A stretch of DNA of 64,000 bases from Candidatus Bathyarchaeia archaeon (GCA_049521795.1 JBEKOM010000007.1:1-64000), one strand, 5' to 3'; shown: positions 49,213-58,344, numbered from the stretch's first letter. Numbers and translations are program-made. Notes: generated from the sequence alone by a model not told the origin.

Positions 49213-49857
49213 ATGAGTCTGATACCTGATGAGCACAGGGAACAGATAAAGAATGAGCTTGCCGAGAACCTTGTGAACCCTGTGAGACTGATAATGTTCA
49301 CTGAACAGTTTGAATGCCAAATGTGCGTGCAGACCAAGCAGCTTGTGACGGAGATCGCCGCGTTGAACGATAAGATTCAAGTTGAGGTTCGTGACTTCGT
49401 CGCGGACGCTGAGTTGGCCAAGCAGTTCGGCGTGGACAAGATCCCGGCTGTCGTTCTTGTGGGACAGAAGGATTACGGCGTGAGGCTCTACGGGCTCCCG
49501 TACGGCTACGAGTTTCAAACTCTGATGTCAGCTTTAACCATCGTTTCCCAGGGCAGAACAGACCTGTTGGAAGAGACGAAGACGAAGCTTCAAGCGGTCA
49601 GAACGCCGGTTCACATTCAAGTCTTCGTGACGCTCACGTGTCCACACTGTCCAGCCGCGGCAAGCATGGCTCACAAGTTTGCCATCGAGAACGAGCTCAT
49701 AAAAGCGGACGTGATCGATGCAGGCGAGTTTCCGCAGTTGGCCTCGAAGTACGGGGTTATGGGCGTTCCGAAGATAGTGATAAACGAGCAGATAGAATTC
49801 GTCGGAGCCGTGCCGGAGAACGTTTTCTTAGACCACGTCTTGCTCGCTGCCCGCTAG
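49213..49857 (+). CDS. Protein disulfide oxidoreductase (PDO, two thioredoxin folds)
   Basis: CQMC and CPHC, GLPYGYEF, VMGVPK. Confidence 0.9.
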   Translation: MSLIPDEHREQIKNELAENLVNPVRLIMFTEQFECQMCVQTKQLVTEIAALNDKIQVEVRDFVADAELAKQFGVDKIPAVVLVGQKDYGVRLYGLPYGYEFQTLMSALTIVSQGRTDLLEETKTKLQAVRTPVHIQVFVTLTCPHCPAAASMAHKFAIENELIKADVIDAGEFPQLASKYGVMGVPKIVINEQIEFVGAVPENVFLDHVLLAAR

Positions 49858-49897
49858 ACCGTTTGTGCGGTGAAAGGCTTCGGAGGAGACTAGAGGC

Positions 49898-52066
49898 ATG
49901 AAAGAAAAGGAAGTGGTTCTTCAAATCCTCGGAATGCACTGCACGGCCTGCGCAACGGGCATCGAATCAGGCCTCAAGAGACTTGACGGCGTGATAGAGG
50001 CTGGGGTGAACTTCGCGACTAAGGAAGCCGTGGTGAAGTATGACGAGGACAAGGTAACTCTGGACAAGATCAAAGCAGCGGTCAAGAGAGGCGGGTACGA
50101 AGCGGTTGAACGGGTTGAGGACGTCAGCGAGAAGCGCAGAGAAGAAGTCCGGGAAAGAATGCTGCTCTTCTTCATCGGCCTGGCCCTCACGGTTCCGATC
50201 GTCATCATCACTTACTTCACGGCGTTTTCTCAGAAGAACATCGTGCTTCTGGCGTTGGCCACGCCTGTTCAGTTCATAGTTGGCTGGCACTTCTACAGAG
50301 GGGCTTACAGCTCGGTCAGAAACCGTTTCGCAGACATGAACGTGCTCGTGGCCTTGAGCTCCTCGGTCGCGTACGTCTACTCGGCCTACGTCACGTTCTT
50401 TGAGCCCGGCGAAATGGGCTTTTTTGAAGCTGCAGCCATCGTCGTGACAACGATAACGTTAGGCATGCTTCTTGAAGACATGGCTGTTGAGAGAACGGGC
50501 GACGCGATAAAGAAGCTCATGTCAATTCAGCCGAAAACGGCCACGGTCGTCCGAGACGGAGAGGAGAAGGAAGTCTCGGTCGATGACGTTCAGGTCGGTG
50601 ACACCGTCGTAGCCAAGCCTGGAAACAGAATTCCAGTCGATGGAACAGTCGTTGACGGCCACACGTACCTTGACGAGTCGATGGTAACGGGCGAATCGGT
50701 TCCTGTTGAGAAGAACGTCGGGGACACGGTCTTCAGCGGCACGATCAACAAGACGGGCACAGTGAAGTTTCAAGCAGAAAAAGTCGGCTTGGAGACGACT
50801 CTGGCTCAAATAGTGCGCTTAGCCCGTGAAGTGCAGGCAAGTAAGGCTCCGATTCAGAGGATCGCAGACAAGGTTGTCAACGTCTTCGTCCCCGTTGTCG
50901 TTGCAATATCGATTCTGACTTTCACCGTGTGGTTCTTCGTCTTCAAAGATCAGGCCTTGGCCCTGACCACGACGGTTGCTGTCTTGGCCATATCGTGCCC
51001 ATGCGCGTTAGGCATAGCAACGCCCGCTGCGATAATGATAGGCGTCGGCAAGGGAGCGGAGAACGGCGTCCTCATCAAGAACACTGCGGTTCTCGAGGTC
51101 GTGAAGAACCTTGACACGGTGGTTTTTGACAAGACAGGCACATTGACTAGAGGCAAGCTGGACGTGACAGACGTCGCAGCAGAGGACAAGAAGGGTCTTC
51201 TCATGGTTGCCGCGGTGGCTGAAAAATGGTCTGAACACCCCATAGGCCAGGCAATCGTCAAGAAAGCTGAGAGCGAAGGAATCAGCCTTTCCGAACCAGA
51301 AGCGTTTGAAGCATTGCCAGGCTTCGGCGTCACCGCACAAGTCAAAGGCAAAAAAGTGCTGATCGGAAATCGCGCCTTGATGAGAAACAACAACGTTTCA
51401 GTCACGCGGTTAGAAAGCGAAATCGAAAAGCTCGAAGGCGAAGGCAAAACCGTCCTCATAGTCGCGGTCGAAGGAGCAGCCGCAGGCGCATTAGCCGTGT
51501 CTGACACGGTGAAAGAACATTCAAAGGAAGCGATAAACACTCTGCAAGAGATGGGCTTGAAGGTTGCCATGCTCAGCGGCGACACGAAGAGAACCTCAGC
51601 AGCGATTGCCAAGCAGTTAGGCGTCGACACCGTCATCGCGGAAGTCGTGCCAGCCGAGAAGGTTGAGGAGATCAAGAAGCTTCAGGCCAAGGGACGCTTC
51701 GTCGCCATGGTCGGCGACGGAATAAACGATGCCCCCGCCATCACACAGGCAAACGTAGGCATAGCCATCGGCAGCGGAACCGACATCGCCATCGATTCAG
51801 GAGACATCGTCCTAATCAAGGATGACCCACGCGACGTTGCCACGAGCATAGAGCTGAGCAGAAAAACGCTGGCCAAGATAAGGCAGAACCTGTTCTGGGC
51901 CTTCTTCTACAACGTCATAATGATCCCCCTCGCCGCCGGCGTCCTGCACCCTTCACTCGGCGTTCTGATCCCGCCCGAAGCCGCTGCAACTTCGATGATA
52001 CTCAGCGACATCACCGTCGTCGGAAACTCGATGCTGCTGAGAAGGTTCAAACCTCAGAAAAAGTGA
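49898..52066 (+). CDS. copA: Cu(I)-transporting P1B-type ATPase
   Basis: GMHCTAC, TGES, CPC, DKTGT, SEHP, GDGINDAP, YN. Confidence 0.93.
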   Translation: MKEKEVVLQILGMHCTACATGIESGLKRLDGVIEAGVNFATKEAVVKYDEDKVTLDKIKAAVKRGGYEAVERVEDVSEKRREEVRERMLLFFIGLALTVPIVIITYFTAFSQKNIVLLALATPVQFIVGWHFYRGAYSSVRNRFADMNVLVALSSSVAYVYSAYVTFFEPGEMGFFEAAAIVVTTITLGMLLEDMAVERTGDAIKKLMSIQPKTATVVRDGEEKEVSVDDVQVGDTVVAKPGNRIPVDGTVVDGHTYLDESMVTGESVPVEKNVGDTVFSGTINKTGTVKFQAEKVGLETTLAQIVRLAREVQASKAPIQRIADKVVNVFVPVVVAISILTFTVWFFVFKDQALALTTTVAVLAISCPCALGIATPAAIMIGVGKGAENGVLIKNTAVLEVVKNLDTVVFDKTGTLTRGKLDVTDVAAEDKKGLLMVAAVAEKWSEHPIGQAIVKKAESEGISLSEPEAFEALPGFGVTAQVKGKKVLIGNRALMRNNNVSVTRLESEIEKLEGEGKTVLIVAVEGAAAGALAVSDTVKEHSKEAINTLQEMGLKVAMLSGDTKRTSAAIAKQLGVDTVIAEVVPAEKVEEIKKLQAKGRFVAMVGDGINDAPAITQANVGIAIGSGTDIAIDSGDIVLIKDDPRDVATSIELSRKTLAKIRQNLFWAFFYNVIMIPLAAGVLHPSLGVLIPPEAAATSMILSDITVVGNSMLLRRFKPQKK

Positions 52067-52130
52067 GACGCCCGCACGCGTTAAACACGTTAAAAATAAA
52101 AGAATAGCAAACAGTCAGAAGCTTCAGACT

Positions 52131-52280
52131 CTACTGTCCAGCAGCGTATCTTGAGGGGTTCTTGTCGAACGCTATATTGCAAGCCAGAGCACAGAAGTAG
52201 TAGGTCTTGCCCCTGTGCTGCGACTTAAACTTCGCAGTCTTCTCGTCCACCATCATCCCACAAACAGGATCCTTAACCAT
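52131..52280 (-). CDS. YHS/TRASH-domain metal chaperone (49 aa)
   Basis: MVKDPVCGM...GKTYYFCALAC..AFDKNPSRY, with GGAGGTGA SD. Convergent with copA. Confidence 0.9.
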   Translation of the reverse strand: MVKDPVCGMMVDEKTAKFKSQHRGKTYYFCALACNIAFDKNPSRYAAGQ

Positions 52281-52383
52281 GCACCGCTCACCTCCTCGAC
52301 TCTCATCTAAGGTCTGAAGTATTTAGGCATGTCCGCCGCGCGTGCTATGAGTGTATATGAGTTGAGTGTAAGAATGTTAAAGC

Positions 52384-52500
52384 GGGACCGTTTGGGTCTT
52401 GGGGTTTTGGGTGGTAAAGTTCTATCCAACCCACCAACAACGGACGACGACGGACTACGACGACCACGAACCACGACGACGACCACGACGGACGACGGTT
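52384..52500 (+). repeat. Dispersed core site copy D with G-rich left arm and CCAA/(GAC)n right arm
   Basis: TGGTAAAGTTCTATCC (52412-52427), then AACCCACCAACAACGGACGACGACGG... Confidence 0.7.
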
Positions 52501-52612
52501 AATGGGCAAGTATCCATATTCTTCCAATGGACGGCTAGGAAACCTATAGCCGCTTCAGGATACATCTGGATATTACTGGAACAGGATAAGGATAGGATAG
52601 CGAGTTGATGCC

Positions 52613-52705
52613 ACGAGGGGTCAGAAGAACACAAAGACTTACCCCTCATAATGAACCCAAGACTATACTACGAGGGGTAAAAAACATTCGAAAACTTACC
52701 CCTCA
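52613..52705. repeat. Tandem pair of GAGGGGTMA-N15-TTACCCCTC inverted repeats, 57-bp period
   Basis: Arms at 52615-52623/52639-52647 and 52672-52680/52696-52704. Confidence 0.75.
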
Positions 52706-52739
52706 ACAATGCGCGCGCGAAAGCTGAAGTTGATTCATA

Positions 52740-53513
52740 GTAATTAGTGTGAGTAAACAAGGTTCTTATGAGGCGAGCCGTCAAATGTGAAGCATGCGGA
52801 CCAATATTGTATATTCTTTCGTTATGGCACAGAATGTGAGCCTAAAAGCAAAATTGCAGAAACGAGACAGAAGCAAGTCGGTACTTGGACAAAGTTTCCG
52901 AGTTGTCCCTTTCAAGCTTTTGAAGGGTGTGTGCGATTTGGTTTGGGATACGTATTTGCTGGAGATATCCATATTCGAAATGAAGGTGCCATTAACGACG
53001 CTCAAGTGTCTATCTCGTAAGTACATTACTCGCAAGCATAATGGATATGCTTTGATTAGCAACGTTGAAGAGAGGATGCTCAGAGTGGCGTCAGTGAAGA
53101 AGATTTCAAATTATGTTTGTTTGTTGTTATCATATTTGTTTCAGGGCTTGAAAGAGGTCTGGGGTGCCTTGGTTGGTTCGTATGATCAGTATGGAATTGA
53201 AAAATCGCCTGATCAATCGATCGATCGATTTTTGTCACCGGACGAAGCTCCAGGTTAAGTCGTCGTTTGCCTTGAAAACTTGGGCAAGTTCGATCAATCT
53301 GACGAGTACGGTTTTTTCAAGTCCTGAAAAGATTTTTTCCAATTGCTGAAGGCTTCAGTTAAGGTCTGAATTAATTTTTTCAACTCGCTATTCCCTAGTT
53401 CAACTCTTGCAAGCCCATTTTTAAGTTCTAATCGATCTCTTGCACTTTTACCTGACTCTCTCTTCTCTCCAGAAATGTCGTGACAGCATCTCCCTTTTCT
53501 AGTTCTTCAACAA
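52740..53513 (-). pseudogene. Decayed gene of unknown family
   Basis: A protein-like frame (FVEELEKGDAVTTFLERRE...) begins without a start codon at the GCGC motif at 53514, followed by frameshifts and stops. Confidence 0.4.
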
Positions 53514-53565
53514 AGCGCGCGCTGAAGGCAAAAAACGGGCGCTAACCAGAATTGTTCTTTATTGA

Positions 53566-53940
53566 TTATTTCTTCGGTTCGGTCTTTGCTGGTTCTTTTT
53601 CTTCAACTGTCTTTAAAGCCCCTTTTAATTCGACTTTAATCTCCCTCAGCAGGTTGACGCCTAAGGATCCGATTTTTCCACCAGCCCACATGATGAAAAC
53701 CATGAGTACGAACCAAACAAGCATGCCGGCAGCCTTGTTCATGTCTTGGCCTGAAATCACCCGCGAACCGTTTGCGGAAATGTCTTGAAAACTGAACAGT
53801 TTCGGAGGAGCGTTCATGCCTGTGAAAACAAATATCATCTCAAAGACCGCGAAGAAAATCACAGCGACACCTACGGCCAACAAAACGTAGGCCACAGTCC
53901 TTCTGTTTTTCCAGTTCAACTTCACACGGTTCAGCCTCAC
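53566..53940 (-). CDS. Two-TM hypothetical membrane protein
   Basis: Two hydrophobic helices, charged tail. Confidence 0.7.
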   Translation of the reverse strand: MRLNRVKLNWKNRRTVAYVLLAVGVAVIFFAVFEMIFVFTGMNAPPKLFSFQDISANGSRVISGQDMNKAAGMLVWFVLMVFIMWAGGKIGSLGVNLLREIKVELKGALKTVEEKEPAKTEPKK

Positions 53941-54024
53941 AAACCACTACCAAGTCATTTACTATAAAAGTCTGCATGCAAAAACCTTAACACGCGCGTG
54001 CACGCAGCGCGTGCGCTCTGCGTC

Positions 54025-54630
54025 CTAATTGTGCTCAGCTCGAAGTTCAACAAACATGGAATATGCAAACAGACCCAGATAAAACAGGCTTGGAAGCACA
54101 AGAAGGGTTGGAAGAACATATTCTTGGCCTCGACCAACCGCGAGCAAAGGTCCGAGAACCGCACCTAGCGGGATTATTAGAGCCCAGTTCTTGTTATGCG
54201 GTTCCAAAAGAGTCTGCAAATCGCCCAGCTTGTACATGATCGGCAAGGTTGAAAAGAGAAGGATAAGCTCCGCAATGACGTTAGTTAGGCTAGTTACGTT
54301 GATGTTTAGAGCTCCGAACCAGCTCTGGGACAAAGGCCAGAACAGCTTGACTCCTCCGGTGAAAAAATCGCCTATGAGAATGTGAGAGAGCAAAGCCGCG
54401 TAATACGGGACTGCTTGCTTGCGATAAACAATAAAGAACGGAATCATCAGCACGGTTATGGTGATGAGTGAGTGCGTGGGTCCCCGATGCATGAGGAAGC
54501 GCAGTAGCAGATCAACGTCTGGAAGAACCGAAGCCGCAAAGAGAAGCGGCATGTTCGCTTTGACTTTAGCAAGCTTTGAAGAACCCTTTCCCGTTATGTA
54601 TCCCAAAGCAAAGTGGCCGATTGCGAACGT
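54025..54630 (-). CDS. Membrane-bound metal-dependent hydrolase (YdjM-like), apparent ACG start
   Basis: GH (upstream of the ORF-track TTG), LPDVD, HRGPTHS, SHILIGD. GAGGT SD precedes ACG at 54630. Confidence 0.85.
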   Translation of the reverse strand, partial: TFAIGHFALGYITGKGSSKLAKVKANMPLLFAASVLPDVDLLLRFLMHRGPTHSLITITVLMIPFFIVYRKQAVPYYAALLSHILIGDFFTGGVKLFWPLSQSWFGALNINVTSLTNVIAELILLFSTLPIMYKLGDLQTLLEPHNKNWALIIPLGAVLGPLLAVGRGQEYVLPTLLVLPSLFYLGLFAYSMFVELRAEHN

Positions 54631-54718
54631 TTAAGGAACCTCTTGAACACGTCGCAGATGCGAAAGGAACTTATTAAAGCCAACTCCGCCATTATCCATC
54701 CATTTGCTCTCTTGAGTG

Positions 54719-54773
54719 GATATTCATACGACTTGTGACCCTAAAACGTTAGCATCTGGTGCGAGTCTGTGCT
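54719..54773 (+). repeat. ~55-bp imperfect direct repeat, copy 1
   Basis: GATATTCATACGACTTGTGACCCTAAAACGTTAGCATCTGGTGCGAGTCTGTGCT versus the copy at 57542. Confidence 0.75.
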
Positions 54774-54820
54774 AGCGCGCGCTCTTAAACATTGAACAGA
54801 AAAAAAAAGAGGGATAGAAT

Positions 54821-56458
54821 TTACCAGCGTTTCTTGAACAGGCGTCGGGATGCAGCAATTGCAGATGCAGCGGCGAAGAGTCCTAGAGCAATCCATGGAG
54901 CCATCAGCTGAAGCGTGCCTATCGGACTGAGAGCCTGCATCGTAATCGGTGCCCATTCTCCGCCGACCGCAGGGGTAGTGTAGTGAGCCGTCGCGGTGTG
55001 CGGTGACATGTGCACGGTTATCGAGTTTACGCCAATACCCTGCGATGTGCCGTCAACGTCCCAGTACAAGAAGTTCCCAAACGTCCGAGTGGAAGGACTT
55101 TCCAAAGTAGGCGGCGCCGTGAGTGGCACAGCCGAACCTCCGTCGTACCAGCCCGCACCAGGAATCGTAGGGGTCAAACCCGATGGACTCGTCAGCACCG
55201 TCAAATAGTACTGGGTCGTCCAGACTGCAGTTGCGGTTTTGGGTCCGCTCATGATGATGCCAGCGCTCGTCAAACCTGTTCCTGAAGCGTCACCGCTCCA
55301 GCTGGTGAATACGTATCGGATTCCTGTACCGCCAGAGATCGGACCTCCGGATGAAAGTGTTGCGTAAGCTGTAGAACCACTGGGATACCATCCTCCGCCG
55401 CCCGGCGTGTCGTAAGGCGACGTAACGGTCAAGAGGTACTGCGTCTGCCAGGTTGCTGTCTCTGTTATCGGGTTGCTCATAGTCACTGTGGAAGACGATG
55501 CTGAACCCGTGTATCCGCCAGTGTCGCTGCTTGTCCATCCTGTGAACACGTATTGGATTCCCGTTCCTCCAGAAACCGTTGTCGGGCTGACACTGAAGGG
55601 CACTCCGGTGGTGCCATCATTATACCAGCCTGCGCCTAAAGCTGTGCCGTACGCGCTATTTACAGTCAGTTGGTACTGCGTCTGCCAGTTCGCTGTCTCT
55701 GTTATGTTGTTGTTCATTATTACCGAATTAGTCGATAACGGACCAGTGTATCCTCCCGTGTCACTGCTTGACCATCCGGTGAAGATGTACTGGACGCCCG
55801 TTCCACCGCTCACTGTAGTCGGAGTTATGCCGAAGGTTGCTGAGGACCCAGCGGGATACGAGCCCTGACCACTAGCTGTACCGTGGCCTCCGTTGTTAAC
55901 AGTTAGCTGAGCTGGCACGACGACTGCGATGAAAGTGGTCTGATACGTCTCTTTCCAGACGACTACGGCCAATAACTGGCCTGGGGCTGGCTCGAAACCG
56001 CCGCCGTAAGCAGTTGCGTCGTTTACCATGGCTTTACCAGCCGCGGACGAGGGCATAGCATGCCCATCAATATAGTACCATATCGCGTCTTGAACGTCTG
56101 TCCAAAGGCCCTGTGGGTGGTTTATTATGTAGTTTACTCTGTTCCAGTCACCTGGGTACACAGTTTGGGCATAACTGGAGTATAACGTGACGCCGTCGAG
56201 GGTTTCGCCGCTACTTATGAAGTGACTTTCATCGTTGCACCACCCGGTGTAAGCTTCGTTGGTGACGTCGTAGCCTAGAGGCACGTAGGAGAGCGTTATA
56301 GTCCAATAGCTGTTAGATCCAGGGTAATCGAACTTCGCGCTCACTGTCCCTGGCGGCAGGTTTATGGAAGGACCTGCTGCTCTTGCAAAGCGAGTGATTG
56401 ACAGGATGAACATCAGTGTGAGCAACGCGATCAGTGTGTTTCTTGCGTGGTTTTTCAT
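54821..56458 (-). CDS. Surface adhesin-like protein: putative thioester domain, 4 InlB-B/Flg_new-like repeats, VGG motif, TM anchor
   Basis: GWCND...VQDAIWYY, repeated Y.FTGW..TA.W.TQY.LTV units, TM + RRLFKKRW. Confidence 0.75.
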   Translation of the reverse strand: MKNHARNTLIALLTLMFILSITRFARAAGPSINLPPGTVSAKFDYPGSNSYWTITLSYVPLGYDVTNEAYTGWCNDESHFISSGETLDGVTLYSSYAQTVYPGDWNRVNYIINHPQGLWTDVQDAIWYYIDGHAMPSSAAGKAMVNDATAYGGGFEPAPGQLLAVVVWKETYQTTFIAVVVPAQLTVNNGGHGTASGQGSYPAGSSATFGITPTTVSGGTGVQYIFTGWSSSDTGGYTGPLSTNSVIMNNNITETANWQTQYQLTVNSAYGTALGAGWYNDGTTGVPFSVSPTTVSGGTGIQYVFTGWTSSDTGGYTGSASSSTVTMSNPITETATWQTQYLLTVTSPYDTPGGGGWYPSGSTAYATLSSGGPISGGTGIRYVFTSWSGDASGTGLTSAGIIMSGPKTATAVWTTQYYLTVLTSPSGLTPTIPGAGWYDGGSAVPLTAPPTLESPSTRTFGNFLYWDVDGTSQGIGVNSITVHMSPHTATAHYTTPAVGGEWAPITMQALSPIGTLQLMAPWIALGLFAAASAIAASRRLFKKRW

Positions 56459-56625
56459 ATTCTCTCTTTCTCCCTTCTCCTTCACTTTTCGCTAATCAAT
56501 TACCTATTGATATAGCTATTAAATTTTATGGAACGCTCTTCTATTTGTCGTGAGCGGAAGCGAACAACACCGCAGATGTATCACACGCAAACTTCGGCCA
56601 GTCAACTGATGTTTCACCCGCGCGC

Positions 56626-56744
56626 TACAAGGTCTCGCTTGGGATCTAGTCTTGCTCGCACAAGCCTACGGCTCCAGACTAGGAAACGCAAATTGGAATC
56701 CAAATGCGGATATTGACGGCAACAACGTCGTAGACCTATCAGAA
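56626..56744 (+). pseudogene. Dockerin-domain gene scrap
   Basis: KVSL/DLVLLAQAYGSRLGNANWNPNADIDGNNVVDLS. No start codon. Bounded by CGCGCG motifs. Confidence 0.75.
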
Positions 56745-56769
56745 CGCGCGCATCAAATATAGGTGAATG

Positions 56770-57471
56770 TCAGATGCACTTCACTTCACCTATTGGCTTT
56801 CCTTCCAGCTTCACAATTCCATTATCAACTTTTATGTGAAACATTAGAGAATCCCAAAGCAGCCCAATCATGCTTAACTTTGTTCCATCGTGAAGTTGAT
56901 AAGACCCACTTGGGTCTACTTCAAACTTGATTTTTCCATACTCTGACCAACCTAAATCGCTGGAGTATACCGACTTCTTTGGGAACCAGTAAGTCTTCCA
57001 TCCACTACTGCTGGTGTATTCCGAGTATTCGATCGGGAGGATCTCAGGAGGGGCTGCAAGAGAGGATTCGATGTTTCTTTTGGCATAACAGGGCATCACG
57101 AACCATTCTTCACAGGTGTGATAGAGTAGTCCCACGTTGAGACTGGATAACAGAGTGTCAATGTTAAACAGTGGAAAAGGTGAAAACGAACAGAGATGAA
57201 CATGGTTGAAATCAATCTTGGAGATTTCTCTTGCACATCCTTCTCTCAGTATGAAACCCACGTCTTCCAAAACCTTCGGAACCACCTTGTTCTCAACCTT
57301 CAGGGATAACAGCTTCTCATGTTTCAGTAAGAAGATCTCCTGAGCAAATCCTGGGTCGGAAAACTGTCTCTCGTCTAACTGCTGGAGTCTGCTCAACACA
57401 TATTCCATCAGTGCCTGCTCACCTGGGCGTATGTGTCTCTTCTCAATCGAGAACTCCAAGCTCATCATCAC
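56770..57471 (-). CDS. Hypothetical protein
   Basis: 233-aa ORF, no motif recognised. Confidence 0.65.
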   Translation of the reverse strand: MMMSLEFSIEKRHIRPGEQALMEYVLSRLQQLDERQFSDPGFAQEIFLLKHEKLLSLKVENKVVPKVLEDVGFILREGCAREISKIDFNHVHLCSFSPFPLFNIDTLLSSLNVGLLYHTCEEWFVMPCYAKRNIESSLAAPPEILPIEYSEYTSSSGWKTYWFPKKSVYSSDLGWSEYGKIKFEVDPSGSYQLHDGTKLSMIGLLWDSLMFHIKVDNGIVKLEGKPIGEVKCI

Positions 57472-57541
57472 TCAAGTCGTACGCGTCAAATCACAAGGTG
57501 TGTTGTGTTCATGCTCTGATTATTATGACTTGTGCGCGCTA

Positions 57542-57597
57542 GATACTCATGTGGCTTGTGACCCCAAAACGTTAGCGTCTCAGTGCAAGTCTACGCT
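57542..57597 (+). repeat. ~55-bp imperfect direct repeat, copy 2
   Basis: GATACTCATGTGGCTTGTGACCCCAAAACGTTAGCGTCTCAGTGCAAGTCTACGCT. Confidence 0.75.
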
Positions 57598-57700
57598 TCA
57601 GGAAAACTTTCACCTGCATCAGTTTTCAAAGTCCTCCCTTTCTGGTGACGCGCGCGCTAAGCCTGCGCGCTACGACCAATTGAATTTCGAGTGGTAGTTC

Positions 57701-58135
57701 TCATGGTTTTGGTTTTAGCAGTCTTGAGTTAATGATTTTGTTTGCTGTGTTGTGGAGTTTTTGATCTGCAGTGTACAGTGTGCCGTTCAGTTTCTGCGTT
57801 GCTGCCACGTAGAGTGAGTCGTAGATTGTTATGTTTTGGGTTAAGGCTATTTCTGTTGTTGCCTCTTTGAGTTCACGCGTTGTAAGAATGCCAAGTCCGT
57901 CGTATATTTTGGTGAGGTCGTCTATCGTGGGGTTTGTTTCTTCTGGTCTTAGGTCTTTGTGTATGTTTGTATGTTTCCATATGGCGTTTAGGCCTCCGGC
58001 TAAGGCAATGTCTACTGTGTAGAGGGTGTAGCCTTTTTTCAGTAGGTTGGTGATGGTTGCTCTGGCTCGTTTAGAGCCGGGTTCGTTCATGACGAGTTTT
58101 ATGATTATGTTGGAGTCGAGGATCAGCTTCGGCGT
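57701..58135 (-). CDS. vapC: VapC-like PIN-domain toxin, non-canonical start (ACG at 58135 or CTG at 58126)
   Basis: LILDSN, IYDSLYVA, LYTADQKL. The second conserved acidic position appears to be Gly (ALAGGLNAIW). Confidence 0.85.
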   Translation of the reverse strand, partial: TPKLILDSNIIIKLVMNEPGSKRARATITNLLKKGYTLYTVDIALAGGLNAIWKHTNIHKDLRPEETNPTIDDLTKIYDGLGILTTRELKEATTEIALTQNITIYDSLYVAATQKLNGTLYTADQKLHNTANKIINSRLLKPKP

Positions 58136-58344
58136 TCTCTGTCCTCCCTGATGAGGATTGTTGAGTCTGTTTTTGTTTCCCTCTTTTGTGTTCTTGATTC
58201 TATTTCTTGAAGTGTTTTTATCAGTTCCATTTGCCTGACTCTTTCTTCGAGAAAATTCCTGATTTCTTGGCTCCATTCTGCTGGGTTTTTTTCCATTTTT
58301 TCTTTGAGTTCACGCGTTAAGCGTATTGTGAACGTTGTGGACAT
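58123..58344 (-). CDS. VapB-like RHH antitoxin
   Basis: STTFTIRLTRELKEKM...WSQEIRNFL...LIREDRE, overlapping the PIN gene. Confidence 0.82.
   Translation of the reverse strand: MSTTFTIRLTRELKEKMEKNPAEWSQEIRNFLEERVRQMELIKTLQEIESRTQKRETKTDSTILIREDRERRS

Noticed and set aside
52613-52705. Mini-CRISPR array
   Set aside because: Only two units, variation lies inside the palindrome rather than between repeats, and there are no cas genes or leader.
52384-52720. Chromosomal replication origin (ORB elements)
   Set aside because: No TTCCAGTGGAAAC-like ORB consensus, no orc1/cdc6 gene and no long AT-rich unwinding element.
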